From positions 864,199 to 928,198 of the forward strand of contig CAVSEN010000002.1 of the NCBI GenBank assembly GCA_963727055.1: a stretch of DNA of 64,000 bases. Direction: 5' to 3'. The position numbers and the translations under genes were made by a program. Within the stretch, counting starts at the first letter, position 1; every line of letters begins with the position of its first letter. Positions 55,196 to 64,000 of the stretch are shown here, in pieces. The notes under the pieces were generated by a model. That model saw nothing but the letters and a program-made list of their open reading frames with translations, searched no databases and had not been told where the DNA came from. The DNA comes from an uncultured Chloroflexia bacterium (GTDB lineage Bacteria; Chloroflexota; Limnocylindria; Limnocylindrales; CSP1-4).

Positions 55196-56468
55196 TCAGC
55201 TGATGTCGAGGCGCTGTGCCTCGGCCCGCAGCCGGTCGCGATGGTCGGGATGGGCGATCGCGATCAGCGCCGCGGCACGCTCGCGCAGGCTCCGTCCGAA
55301 CAGCTCGGCGACGCCCCATTCGGTCACGATCGTGCGCACGTGGGCGCGGGTCGTCACCACGCCCGCCCCGCTGGTCAGGACCGGGCTGATCCGCGAGACC
55401 GCGCCGCCCGCCGCCGTCGAGGGCAGGGCGATGATCGCCCGGCCGTGGGCGGCCAGCGCGGCCCCCCGCATGAAGTCCATCTGGCCGCCGACCCCGCTGT
55501 AGATCCGGGTCCCGATCGAAATCGGCCACGACCTGGCCGCTCAGGTCGACCTCGATCGCCGAGTTGATCGCGGTCATCGTCTGGAACGAGCGGATGACGT
55601 GGGTGTCGTTGGTGAAGTCGACCGAGCGCAGCTCGACCATCGGGTTGTCGTCGACGAAGTCGTACAGCCGCCGTGAGCCCATCACGAAGGCGGCCACCAG
55701 CTTGCCCCGGTTGCGCTCCTTGCGGGCGCCGGTCACGACCCCCGCCTCGACCAGGTCGACCACGCCGTCGGTGAACATCTCGGAGTGGATGCCCAGGTCG
55801 CGATGGCCGGTCAGGGCCGCCGTCGTAGCGGCCGGGATGGCACCGATCCCCAACTGGAGCGTCGCTCCGTCTGGAATGAGCTCGGCCACGTGCTGGCCGA
55901 TCCGCCGCTCGACATCGCCGATCTCGCCGCTGTGATACTCGTAGGGTGGCACGTCGACCTCGACCGCCAGGTCGATCTGGTCGACGTGGATGAAGCTCTC
56001 GCCGAGCGTCCTGGGCATCGCCCGATTGAGCTGGACGATCACCGTCCGGGCGGACCGGATCGCCGACTGGATCGCCTCGACCGACGTCCCCAGCGAGCAG
56101 AAGCCGTGCGCATCGGGCGGCGTCGCATTGGCCAGCACGACGTCGAGCGGCAGGACGCCGCGCTCGAAGAGGTTGGGCACGTCGGACAGGAAGATCGGGA
56201 CGTAGTCGGCCCGGCCGTCGTTGACGGCCGCCCGGGCGTTGGGGCCGACGAACAGGGCCCGATGGCGGAAGTGACCGGCCATCGCCGGCGCCAGGTGCGG
56301 CCCGGGACCCTCCATGTGGAGGTGGATCATGCCCACGTCGTGCAGCTCGGGCGCCCGGGCGACGAGCGCGTCAAGGAGGACCGACGGGGCGGCCGCGGCG
56401 CACTGGAGATAGATCTGCTGGCCGCTCTCGATTCCGGCCACGGCCTCGGCCGCCGATACGATCCGCAT
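55196..56468 (-). pseudogene. acetyl-CoA hydrolase/transferase family protein (4-hydroxybutyrate CoA-transferase-like) with one frameshift at 55519-55521
   Basis: ..LQLGIGAIPAA...AINSAIEVDLSGQVVAD|SIGTRIYSGVGGQMDFMRGAAL..IIALPSTA. The two halves (ORFs 54837..56468 and 55196..55480) join if one T of GATTTCG is removed. Confidence 0.8.
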
Positions 56469-56544
56469 CAGCCCACCTTAGTCGAGCCGGGCGATCGGGA
56501 CGCGGGGCCGGGCCGGGCGGGCCTGCCTGCCGTCCCTGGTCCGA

Positions 56545-56844
56545 TCAGGAGGGCTCGATGTCGACCAGTCGATCGGGGCGATGGGTGACCGCGACGTAGG
56601 CCCGGTCGAAGCGGGTCCGGGCATCAGCCGGACCGGACACGATCACCCGGACCTCGTCGAGCACCTCGCCGGCGGTCCGAGCGTCGAAGATCTCTTCGCT
56701 CTCGGCCGATCGCCGGTCGAGGACCTCGACGGTCTCGACCCCGTCGGTCGTCCGCTCGACGATGATCGCCCGTGCGTGGTCGATCAGGACGGTCGCCTCG
56801 TGGCCGGATGGCCGGGGCTGGGCTCCTCCGTGGCGTCCCTGCAT
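56545..56844 (-). CDS. hypothetical 99-aa protein
   Basis: The ATG at 56844 follows AGAGAGG. No family recognised. Confidence 0.5.
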   Translation of the reverse strand: MQGRHGGAQPRPSGHEATVLIDHARAIIVERTTDGVETVEVLDRRSAESEEIFDARTAGEVLDEVRVIVSGPADARTRFDRAYVAVTHRPDRLVDIEPS

Positions 56845-57047
56845 GGTCACACCTCTCTTGTCCTGAGGATGGCGATCCGCGGGGCGGTCGGGCAGGGTCG
56901 AATGGCACCAGTCGCCCGTTCCACTCGGCCCCCTTCCAGGCGCTCGGCGCGCGGGTCGCACGAAGGGGCCGTCCGGCACTCGACGGCGGCCGCCGGCAGG
57001 GCTAGCGTCGCTCCCCTCGGGTAGCGGGATCTGGCTGGAGGGCTGCC

Positions 57048-57356
57048 ATGATCGAACGGTCGGACCATGCACGCTGCCGGCAGATCGCCCGGCAGGTGGT
57101 CAGCGAATACGCCCGCGACAAGGTCACCAAGGCGCTCTACGAGGCGGCCCTCGAAGGCCTCGATTTCGGGCCCTGCGAGCTGCCCGCGGCAAGCGATCGC
57201 GAGTGGCTCCGGACGGCCCTCGCCGGGCCGCTCCGGGACGCGACCGATGCGGCCCTGCGGACCCTGCGCCGGTCGGTCGGCCGGACGCTCGAGACCGCCC
57301 CGCCCAACCTGCTCGCCCAGCTCGAGCGCCAATTCGGCGAGCTGGCGGCGGGCTAG
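57048..57356 (+). CDS. hypothetical 102-aa protein
   Basis: The ATG follows GGAGGG. Helical, charged composition. No family recognised. Confidence 0.5.
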   Translation: MIERSDHARCRQIARQVVSEYARDKVTKALYEAALEGLDFGPCELPAASDREWLRTALAGPLRDATDAALRTLRRSVGRTLETAPPNLLAQLERQFGELAAG

Positions 57357-57437
57357 CGGCGCCCGTCGAGCCGCGCGGGGCTGCATGGCCCGCCCGATCG
57401 GGCCGGAGAGCACTGGCCGGGCCGGGAGCCCGACCGG

Positions 57438-57878
57438 ATGATCGGCAGGATGGAATCAATTCACCGTCTGCTGCTGGCGACCGACCTCGAGGCTGCCTCC
57501 GAGCGGGCCGCCGACGAGGCGATCAACCTGGCGGCCGAATCGGGTGCCCAGCTCGTCGTCCTGAGCGTGATCGAGCCGGGCCGGCTGAGCCTGCCCGGCG
57601 GCCGGATCGTGCGCCGGATGGACCAGGAGCGGGCCCGGATCGAATCCGGCGTGCAGAGCCTCGTCGCCCGCGCCCACACGGCGGGCGCCCGGGCCGCCTA
57701 CCTCGTCTGGGAAGGTGACCCGGCCGAGATGATCATGGCCGCGTCGGAGGCCGAGGACGTCGATGTCATCGTCCTCGGCTCGCATCACCGGGGCCGGCTC
57801 GGACGCCTGGTCCTGGGCAGCACATCGGCCCGGATCTCGCGCGACGCGGGCCGCCGAGTCCTCGTCGTCCCCAACTAG
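57438..57878 (+). CDS. universal stress protein (UspA family)
   Basis: ..RLLLATDLEAASERAADEAINLA...VDVIVLGSHHRGRLGRLVLGSTSARISRDAGRRVLVV. Confidence 0.88.
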   Translation: MIGRMESIHRLLLATDLEAASERAADEAINLAAESGAQLVVLSVIEPGRLSLPGGRIVRRMDQERARIESGVQSLVARAHTAGARAAYLVWEGDPAEMIMAASEAEDVDVIVLGSHHRGRLGRLVLGSTSARISRDAGRRVLVVPN

Positions 57879-58164
57879 CCCTGGGCAAGCGCCGGCCCCG
57901 GCGCCGACGCCGAGCGCCTGACCGGCCACGGAGCGCGGCCATCAATCGTCCGCCACCCGCGGTCCGACTTCGCAGGAATTCCGCCCTCAGCGGCATTGCG
58001 GTCGACTTCGGGGCGATCTCGATGGCAGGCAAACAACCGGCGGGTCAGGTCGTGCGGGGAATCGCGTCGACGCGGTCGCTCCGGGACGCGGCGGAGGCCA
58101 ACCTTGCCGACAACGCGCCTGGGGGCGGAATTTCGACGAACCTCTCGATCCGGGGCCGCTGAGG

Positions 58165-58194
58165 GGCCCGGAACCGGGCCGCGGTTCGGCCCGG
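58165..58194 (-). terminator. overlapping GC hairpins 20 nt downstream of plsY
   Basis: GGCCCGG-aa-CCGGGCC-gcggttc-GGCCCGG gives two alternative 7-bp stems. No U-tract. Confidence 0.35.
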
Positions 58195-58213
58195 ACCACT
58201 CAGGCCCAGCCGC

Positions 58214-58834
58214 TCAGGCCCGGTTGTCGATCGACCGTTCCTGGCCGGCGAGCAGCCGCTCGACGTTGTCCCGGTGGAAATACCAGATCAGGGCCGGCGC
58301 GCCGATGGCATAGATCAGGTGGGCCGGGGGCAGGCCCTGGATCATGACGACCGCGATCACGATCACGCCGGCCAGGGTCGTCGCGACCAGCGACCCGAGC
58401 GACGAATAGCGGGTGACCCGGATCACCCCGAAGAAGACCGGCACGACCAGCAGGGCGACCAGTGGCCACAGGACGACCAGCGAGCCGAACGCCGGCGACA
58501 CGCCGCGCCCGCCCCGAAAGCCGATGTACGGGGAGCGGCTGTGGCCGATGATCGCGGCGAGGACGGCCAGCGCCTGGACCACCAGCCCGGCACCGAGGAG
58601 GCCCGGGACGCCCGCGGCGACCACACCCTTCAGCAGGTCGAGCACCCCGGCGGCCGCCGCCACCCGCGGCCCGAGAACGCGCAGGACGTTGGCCCCGCCG
58701 GTCCGGCCACTGCCCTGGGTGCGCGGATCCGGTCCGCCGACCAGCCGGGCCAGGACGACGCCCCAGGGAATGCCACCGACGAGGTAGGCGCCGACGATCG
58801 AAGCGACCCCCACGGCAATCGTCGTCGTGTCCAT
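58214..58834 (-). CDS. plsY: glycerol-3-phosphate acyltransferase PlsY
   Basis: ..YLVGGIPWGVVLARL...DPRTQGSGRTGGANVLR...DLLKG...GHSRSPYIGFRGGRGV. Confidence 0.9.
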   Translation of the reverse strand: MDTTTIAVGVASIVGAYLVGGIPWGVVLARLVGGPDPRTQGSGRTGGANVLRVLGPRVAAAAGVLDLLKGVVAAGVPGLLGAGLVVQALAVLAAIIGHSRSPYIGFRGGRGVSPAFGSLVVLWPLVALLVVPVFFGVIRVTRYSSLGSLVATTLAGVIVIAVVMIQGLPPAHLIYAIGAPALIWYFHRDNVERLLAGQERSIDNRA

Positions 58835-58888
58835 GCCGGCCGAGTATATCGACCGGTCGGGGCCGAACCGGGCCTGGCAGGAGCCAGG

Positions 58889-59914
58889 CTATGGCTCCGC
58901 GAGCGCCTCGAGGAGCCGGTCGGGGCGCCCCTGCAACCAGGCCCGCCGGGCGGGATCCCGATTGCAGGCCTCGACCAGCTCCGCCAGCCGGGCATTGACC
59001 GGTGCCCGCCCGCCGAGCCGGCCGGCCGCCGACGCGACGGCCCCGTTGAGCCACTCGACCTCGGTCGGGGCGGCGCTGCCGGCGGCGAGGTGGAGATGGA
59101 GCGAGGGGCGCTTGCCGCCCCGCCCGGCGGCCACGACCCGGGTCAGGATCGGCTGGACGAGCGGGCCGGGGAGGCGCAAGGCGAGCGGCAGGAGGCGGGT
59201 GTTCGCGCCGAACAGCCGGACCGGCCGGAGGTCAAGCCGGCTCATCACCCCGAGCGCCTCGCCGAGCTGGCGGCGCTCGACGCGGAAGAGGCCTGGATCC
59301 TGGTAGACGGCGACCGGATCCAGGTCGACGATCGCTCCGCTGGCGTTGCCCATCAGGTTGACCAGCAGCTTCGACCAGCGGATCGCCTCGGGGTCAGCGC
59401 TGAACCGGGCACGCAGGCCGCCGGCGGCGAAGGCCGTCACCAGCCGGGCGATCAGCGGCGCAACCTGGCCCCGGACGGGCGCCAGCACGATCCCGCCCCG
59501 CGACAGGCGTCGGACCTGGCCGTCGGCCGCGCGCTCGACGGAGGTCGTCAGCGATCCGGCGATCAGCCCGCCCGCCGGCCGCCGGGCGGCCAGCAGCTCG
59601 TCGGCGCCGACGCCGTTCTGGACGGCGAGGATCGTCGCCTCGGGCCAGGCGGCAGCCGTCTCGATCGCCCCCGCGAGGTCCGGCATCTTGACCGCCAGCA
59701 GGATCAGCTCGGGTGCCGTGGAGACCGCCCCGGGCGAGCCGGCGACCGTCACGCCGACCGAACCCGTGGGGCCCGAATCGTGCGCGACGACGAGGGTCCC
59801 GGGTGCCGGCCCGTCCGGCCCGCCGCGCCGGAGGAGCTCGACCACCTCCCCGCCCCGGACCAGCGTCCAGGCCAGGAACGAGCCGACCGCGCCGGCCCCG
59901 ATCACCAGGATCAC
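58889..59914 (-). CDS. panE: ketopantoate (2-dehydropantoate) reductase family protein
   Basis: ILVIGAGAVGSFLA (Rossmann fold), ..LLAVKMPDL.., ..WSKLLVNLMGNA.., ..EVEWLNGAV. Start taken at the GTG at 59914. Confidence 0.78.
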   Translation of the reverse strand: MILVIGAGAVGSFLAWTLVRGGEVVELLRRGGPDGPAPGTLVVAHDSGPTGSVGVTVAGSPGAVSTAPELILLAVKMPDLAGAIETAAAWPEATILAVQNGVGADELLAARRPAGGLIAGSLTTSVERAADGQVRRLSRGGIVLAPVRGQVAPLIARLVTAFAAGGLRARFSADPEAIRWSKLLVNLMGNASGAIVDLDPVAVYQDPGLFRVERRQLGEALGVMSRLDLRPVRLFGANTRLLPLALRLPGPLVQPILTRVVAAGRGGKRPSLHLHLAAGSAAPTEVEWLNGAVASAAGRLGGRAPVNARLAELVEACNRDPARRAWLQGRPDRLLEALAEP

Positions 59915-59945
59915 GGCGGGTACACCAGGGCCATCACGCGGGCCA

Positions 59946-61257
59946 TCACGGTTCGGCCGCCGCGTAGGCCTCGGCCAGCAGCTCGACCGGATGGCGCAGG
60001 CGGGCCCCGGTGGCGGCACCGATCTGCCAGCGGCAGGTCTCCGAGTCGCACGCGACCTGGTCCTCGCCGCCCGCCCGGATCCGCTCGAAGAGCGGCGCCC
60101 CGACGGCCATGGCGATGTCGTACTTCTCGCTCTTCAGGCCGTACGTCCCGGCAATGCCGCAGCAATCGTGGTCGAGGTCGATCGCCCGCAGGCCGGGCAC
60201 GAGCTCGAACAGGTCGAGGGCAGGCAGGCCGATCCCGTGGCTTCGGAGCTGGCATGGAGCGTGGTACGGCAGCGTGCGCTCCAGCCGGCCGAAGCGCGTG
60301 TCGAGCCGGCCCTGCTCGTGGAGGTGAAGCAGGAACTCGCAGATGTCCCAGGTCGCGCCGGCCACCAGCCGGGCATCGGCGTCATCGACATCGAGCATCT
60401 CGCGGTACTCGGCCTTGAGGGTGTGGGTGCAGGAGGTGGACGTGCCGACGATCGGGTAGCCGGCCCGGGCGTAGTCGGCCAGGACCGCGATGTTACTTCG
60501 CGCCCGGCCCCGGGCCGCGGCGTACAGCCCGTTGCTGATCAGGGGCAGCCCGCAGCAGACCTGGGGCGGGACGATCACGCTGAAGCCGTTTCGCTCGAGG
60601 ACGTCGATCGCCGCCTGGCCCACGTGGGGCTCGTAGTAGTTCGCGGCGCAGCCGTGGAAGAAGACGACGCTCCGGTCGGGCGGCGGCGCGTCGGCCGACC
60701 ATGCCCGCCGCCAGTGACGGCCGAGCCCCGAGCGGAACGTCCGGCGGCTGAAGCGCGGCAGTGGCGCCCGGCGATCGATCCGCAGGATCCGGTCGATCAG
60801 CGCCCGGATCAGCCCGTTGTGGAGCCCCCAGTTGGCGAGCGGCCCGGCCAGGACGCCGAGCCGGCCGGTCAGGTCCGTCTGGCCCAGGAGCCAGTCGCGC
60901 AGCCGCGGCCGGTGGCCGGAGCGCAGGGCGGCCCGCGCCCGGTTGTTGAGCTCGGCGATCTTCACGTCGGCCGGGCAGGCCGTGGTGCACATCCCGCAGC
61001 CCGAGCAGTAGTCGACCGTCCGGTCCGGCGACCGAACGACGGAGAGCCCGCCGGTGCCCGGCGAGCGCTCGCTGCCGAGGCGGAAGCGCTGGGCCTGGGG
61101 CCCGACGTACTTCGGGCCGGGGAAGAGATCGGTGACCCTGGCGACCGGGCAGGCCGTCGTGCACACGTTGCACTTGAGGCAGGCGTCGGCCGTCAGCCCG
61201 ATCGGGCCGGGATGGGATTCCTGCGGCGGCCTGCTCGACGAGCTCCGCGATCGTCAT
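59946..61257 (-). pseudogene. glpC: anaerobic glycerol-3-phosphate dehydrogenase subunit C with one frameshift near 61204-61206
   Basis: MTIAELVEQAAAGIPSRP|IGLTADACLKCNVCTTACPVARV...CSGCGMCTTACPA plus two CCG domains. The first 18 codons are in another frame, and removing one C of CGGCCCGAT joins them. The ATG overlaps the glpB stop (ATGA). Confidence 0.8.
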
Positions 61258-62574
61258 CGGGCGTGCCCGGCGCCGGCCGGCTCGGTTGCCCCGAGCTCGA
61301 CGGCGGCCAGCGTCCCGCTGGCCAGGGCGACGCCGTCGCCGCAGCCCTCCCGCAGGTAGCGCTGGCCGGCCAGCAGGCTGCCCACGACCCGGACGTTCGC
61401 GGCCAGCGGCTCGGAGGGCCGGGCGGTCGCGACCGGCCGCAGGTGAGCGTCGGTCCGGATGCCCGCCTGCTCGAGCGGGTGGCCGGCGGGGTCGAAGGGA
61501 TCGGCGAGCAGCCAGGCCTCCTCCGGGCGGCGCCTCGACCGGCAGGCCGAGGACCGTCTCGCGCAGCGACCCCGGACGATCGGCGACCAGGCCCCCGCCG
61601 GCGATCCCGCCGGTGGCCAGGATCACGGACCCGGCCGACAGGACGAAGCTGCGGGCGGCCGCCGGGACCCGCAGCTCGGTCACCCGGCCGTCGGACCCGA
61701 TCGAGCCGCTGGCGGCCTCGCCCAGCTGCATCCTCCCGCCGGCGCGGCGGAGCGCGGACCGGAGCACGGCATAGCGCCGCAGGCCGGGGACGCTCGGCGG
61801 GACGAGGGCGACCTCGAATAGGGGCAGGGGCAATCGCGCCCGGGCCGCGGCCAGGACGGCGGCGTGATCGTCGAGGCCAAGGACCGCCGGCAACGCGAGC
61901 CGGGCGCCGCCCGTCAGCGGGCGCCGTTCGACGGCCCGGGCGATCGCCTCGAGCGCCGCAGACCTCCAGGCCGGGTCGTCGAACAGCCGGGCCAGGTCGA
62001 GCCCCGACAGGTTGTGCCGGACGGCCAGGCCGGGCAGCTCGACCGACGCGGCCTCGACCCATGCCGGCTGTGAATCTCCGCGCCACGACGCTGTGCGACG
62101 CAGCCCGGCAGCGATCGCCTCCGGCCAGAAATCCCGGAACCCGGCCGGCCCGCACACGACCAGGCCCTCACCGGGCGCCCACGGCGGCAGGGCCGCGGCC
62201 AGGCCGTCGGGCACGATCGCGACCCGGCGCGTGGATCCGATCGAGGTCGGCACGGCCCGGAGCGGATCGCCCGGGTCGCCGCTGATCGGCAGGCCCGCCC
62301 CGGCCAGGGTCCGGCGCAACCAGTCGAGGGCGTCCGGCAGGGAGCCGGCGGTCAGCCCATAGGGATGGCCGGCGACCCGCGCCAGCCGGTCGACCGACGC
62401 CTGGGCCGTGGGCGAGTCCGGCAGTGCCCCGATATCGACGCCGCCCGGCGCCCAGTGGGTCGTCGCGTGGCCGGTCGCCAGGACATGGACCCGCGCGCCG
62501 CCCTCGGCGAGCCGGATCGCAGCCGTCAGGCCGGCCAGCCCGGCTCCGACGATCGCAACGTCAGCCCGGGCCAC
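61254..62574 (-). pseudogene. glpB: anaerobic glycerol-3-phosphate dehydrogenase subunit B with one frameshift at 61525-61527
   Basis: DVAIVGAGLAGLTAAIRLAEGG...ILATGGIAGGGLV...VEAPP|EEAWLLADPFDPAGHPLEQAGIRTD...GSLLAGQRYLREGCGDGVALASG..HAR*. The frames join if one C of GCCGCCCGGAGG is removed. Confidence 0.8.
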
Positions 62575-64000
62575 GACTGCTCCCCGGAGTCGCAGTGCGA
62601 GCGCCGGCCGGGTTCCCCCGGTCGACCGCCAGGGCGTCGACGCCGAGGACGCCCCAGTACATCCCGGTCGACAGCCACAGCTCCTGGAGCTGGCGGCCCC
62701 AGGCGATCGGCCGGGTCCCCCGGAACCGTTCGCGCAGGAAGGCCACGAGCGGGTCGTCGCCGTCCTGCAGCCCAGCCGCCTGCGGCCCAGGCGGGGCCGC
62801 TGCCCCCGTTCGCTCGGCGATCAGCCCGACGGCCCGGAACATGCAGAACGCGCCCTGGCAGGGACCCATCCCGAGGCGGGTCCCGCGGCGGACGTCGTCG
62901 AGGCTGCACGGCAGGCGCTGGTCGAGGAAGTCGTCGAGCAGCGGCCGGCTGACGACTTCGCACTCGCAGATCAGGTCGGCATTGCCGCCCCCGGCGGCCT
63001 CGTGGGCAGCGAGCCGCTCACCGAGCCAGAAGTAGGCCCCTCGGGCACCCTGCTCGGGCAGGACTTCGTCGGCCGTCGTGCACGGCCGGTCGACGCCCAG
63101 CTTGGCGCACACGAGGTCGGCCGCCTGCTCGGCCATCAGGCGGTAGGTGGTGAGCTTGCCGCCGACGATCGAGACGACGTTCGAGACCCCGTCCCGGCGC
63201 TCGTGGTCGATCACGACATGGCTGCGCGAGATCGCCCGGCCGTCGCCCGGGCCGGCAACCGCCTCGGCCGAGTAGAGCGGGCGGACGCCGGCATAGGCCC
63301 GCAGGATGCGCATCCGGGGCAGGTCCGGGAAGAGCCGGGCACCCTCCGCGATCAGCGCCTCGACCTCGTCCGGACCGGCGTCGTCATCGTCCGGATCATC
63401 GACCGCGACCTCGGTCGTGCCCAGGATCGCCACCGTGTGGACCGGGACCATGATGTCGCCGTCGCTGGGCAGCTTGCAGCGGTTGATCACGGTATCGGTC
63501 ATCCGCTGGTTGTAGACCAGCATCGTGCCCTTGCCCGGCGACATCGGCAGGTCGATCCCGGCCAGCGCCGCGACCCGCCCGGCCCACGCCCCGGCGGCCG
63601 AGACGATGATCCGGGGCGTGATCCGCCGGATCGTGCCGCTGCGCACGTCGGCGACCTCGACCGACGCCACGAAGCCGCCGTTGCGCTCCATCCCGATCAG
63701 CCGCTGGTAGGCGTGGGCGCTGCTGCCGCGATCGAGCGCATCGCGCAGGTTGGCTTCGACCAGCTGCCACGGCTCGAGCGAGGCGTCGGGCACCGCGAAG
63801 GCCCGCCGGATTCCCCGGTTGAGGGCCGGCTCGCGCTCGAAGGCCGCCGCCAGGGGCACCTCCTCGCACGGGATTCCGGCCGCCGCGCAGCGTCCCGGGA
63901 ACGCCGCGACGTAGTCATCCGGGTCGTCGGGCGTCGCCACGAACAGGCCGCCGGTGTCCTCGATGCAGGCCGGCGCGATCCGGCGCAGGACGGCGTTCTC
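62561..64000 (-). CDS. glpA: anaerobic glycerol-3-phosphate dehydrogenase subunit A (5' end beyond the window)
   Basis: ..SAAGAWAGRV...SPGKGTMLV...GGKLTTYRLMAEQAADLV...CECEVVS...GMGPCQGAFC (BFD-like 2Fe-2S). The frame is open to base 64000. Confidence 0.88.
   Translation of the reverse strand, partial: ENAVLRRIAPACIEDTGGLFVATPDDPDDYVAAFPGRCAAAGIPCEEVPLAAAFEREPALNRGIRRAFAVPDASLEPWQLVEANLRDALDRGSSAHAYQRLIGMERNGGFVASVEVADVRSGTIRRITPRIIVSAAGAWAGRVAALAGIDLPMSPGKGTMLVYNQRMTDTVINRCKLPSDGDIMVPVHTVAILGTTEVAVDDPDDDDAGPDEVEALIAEGARLFPDLPRMRILRAYAGVRPLYSAEAVAGPGDGRAISRSHVVIDHERRDGVSNVVSIVGGKLTTYRLMAEQAADLVCAKLGVDRPCTTADEVLPEQGARGAYFWLGERLAAHEAAGGGNADLICECEVVSRPLLDDFLDQRLPCSLDDVRRGTRLGMGPCQGAFCMFRAVGLIAERTGAAAPPGPQAAGLQDGDDPLVAFLRERFRGTRPIAWGRQLQELWLSTGMYWGVLGVDALAVDRGNPAGARTATPGSSRGPG

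Noticed and set aside
57975-58166. Long-range inverted repeat (GGAATTCCGCC/CTCAGCGGC versus GGCGGAATTTC ... GCCGCTGAGGGG) suggesting a MITE or a structured RNA
   Set aside because: The two complementary segments occur in the wrong relative order for a single stem, and each is only ~11 nt. This is likely chance in GC-rich DNA. Only the plsY-proximal hairpins were retained, as a weak terminator call.
58274-62285. Very long plus-strand ORFs 58274..60418 (714 aa) and 59346..62285 (979 aa). The same applies to 30199..31926, 34086..36311, 39627..41207, 39691..41331, 35206..37326 and 28949..30259
   Set aside because: All are antisense or out of frame to genes with strong family motifs (plsY, panE, glpCB, xfp, mgtA, PQQ-DH). 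Their extreme Arg/Gly/Pro/Ala content marks them as GC-driven open frames.

Overview
High-GC (~70%) bacterial chromosome segment with frequent GTG/TTG starts, Actinomycetota- or Chloroflexota-like. Most very long ORFs in the track are antisense shadow ORFs, not genes. The window has two parts. (1) 0.7-24 kb is an accessory, heavily decayed tRNA-proximal region. It starts at an atypical tRNA-Arg(CCG) at 2594-2665. It then carries small regulators (2 TetR, XRE, YciI plus an ECF-type sigma factor), membrane proteins, F420/LLM, SRPBCC and DinB-type genes, a truncated IS481 element, several gene fragments, a nucleotide cyclase and a GGDEF protein. Its striking feature is a repeat family of at least 8 copies or fragments of a small LuxR/GerE-type HTH gene. 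Four copies are preceded by a conserved ~70-nt block that ends in the exact 3' end (including CCA) of the tRNA-Arg, and three blocks abut a conserved peptide-coding remnant. I read this as serial integration and decay of tRNA-Arg-targeting integrative modules. No intact recombinase is present. (2) 24-64 kb is core redox and anaerobic metabolism: tryptophanase, a PQQ sugar dehydrogenase, an ABC exporter with a TetR, phosphoketolase plus acetate kinase (one fused ORF), DUF779 plus aldehyde dehydrogenase, and an MgtA-type P-ATPase. An SQR-TusA-DsrE-TusA sulfur-relay set lies contiguous with a complete hoxEFUYH-hoxW-hypA-hypC NAD-linked [NiFe]-hydrogenase operon. Two Usp genes, a CoA-transferase, plsY, a panE-like gene and glpABC follow. 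At least six otherwise intact genes are broken by an extra base in a short homopolymer, which looks like an assembly artefact rather than biology. No rRNA and no CRISPR array were seen. All family assignments come from motif recognition by eye, not from searches.
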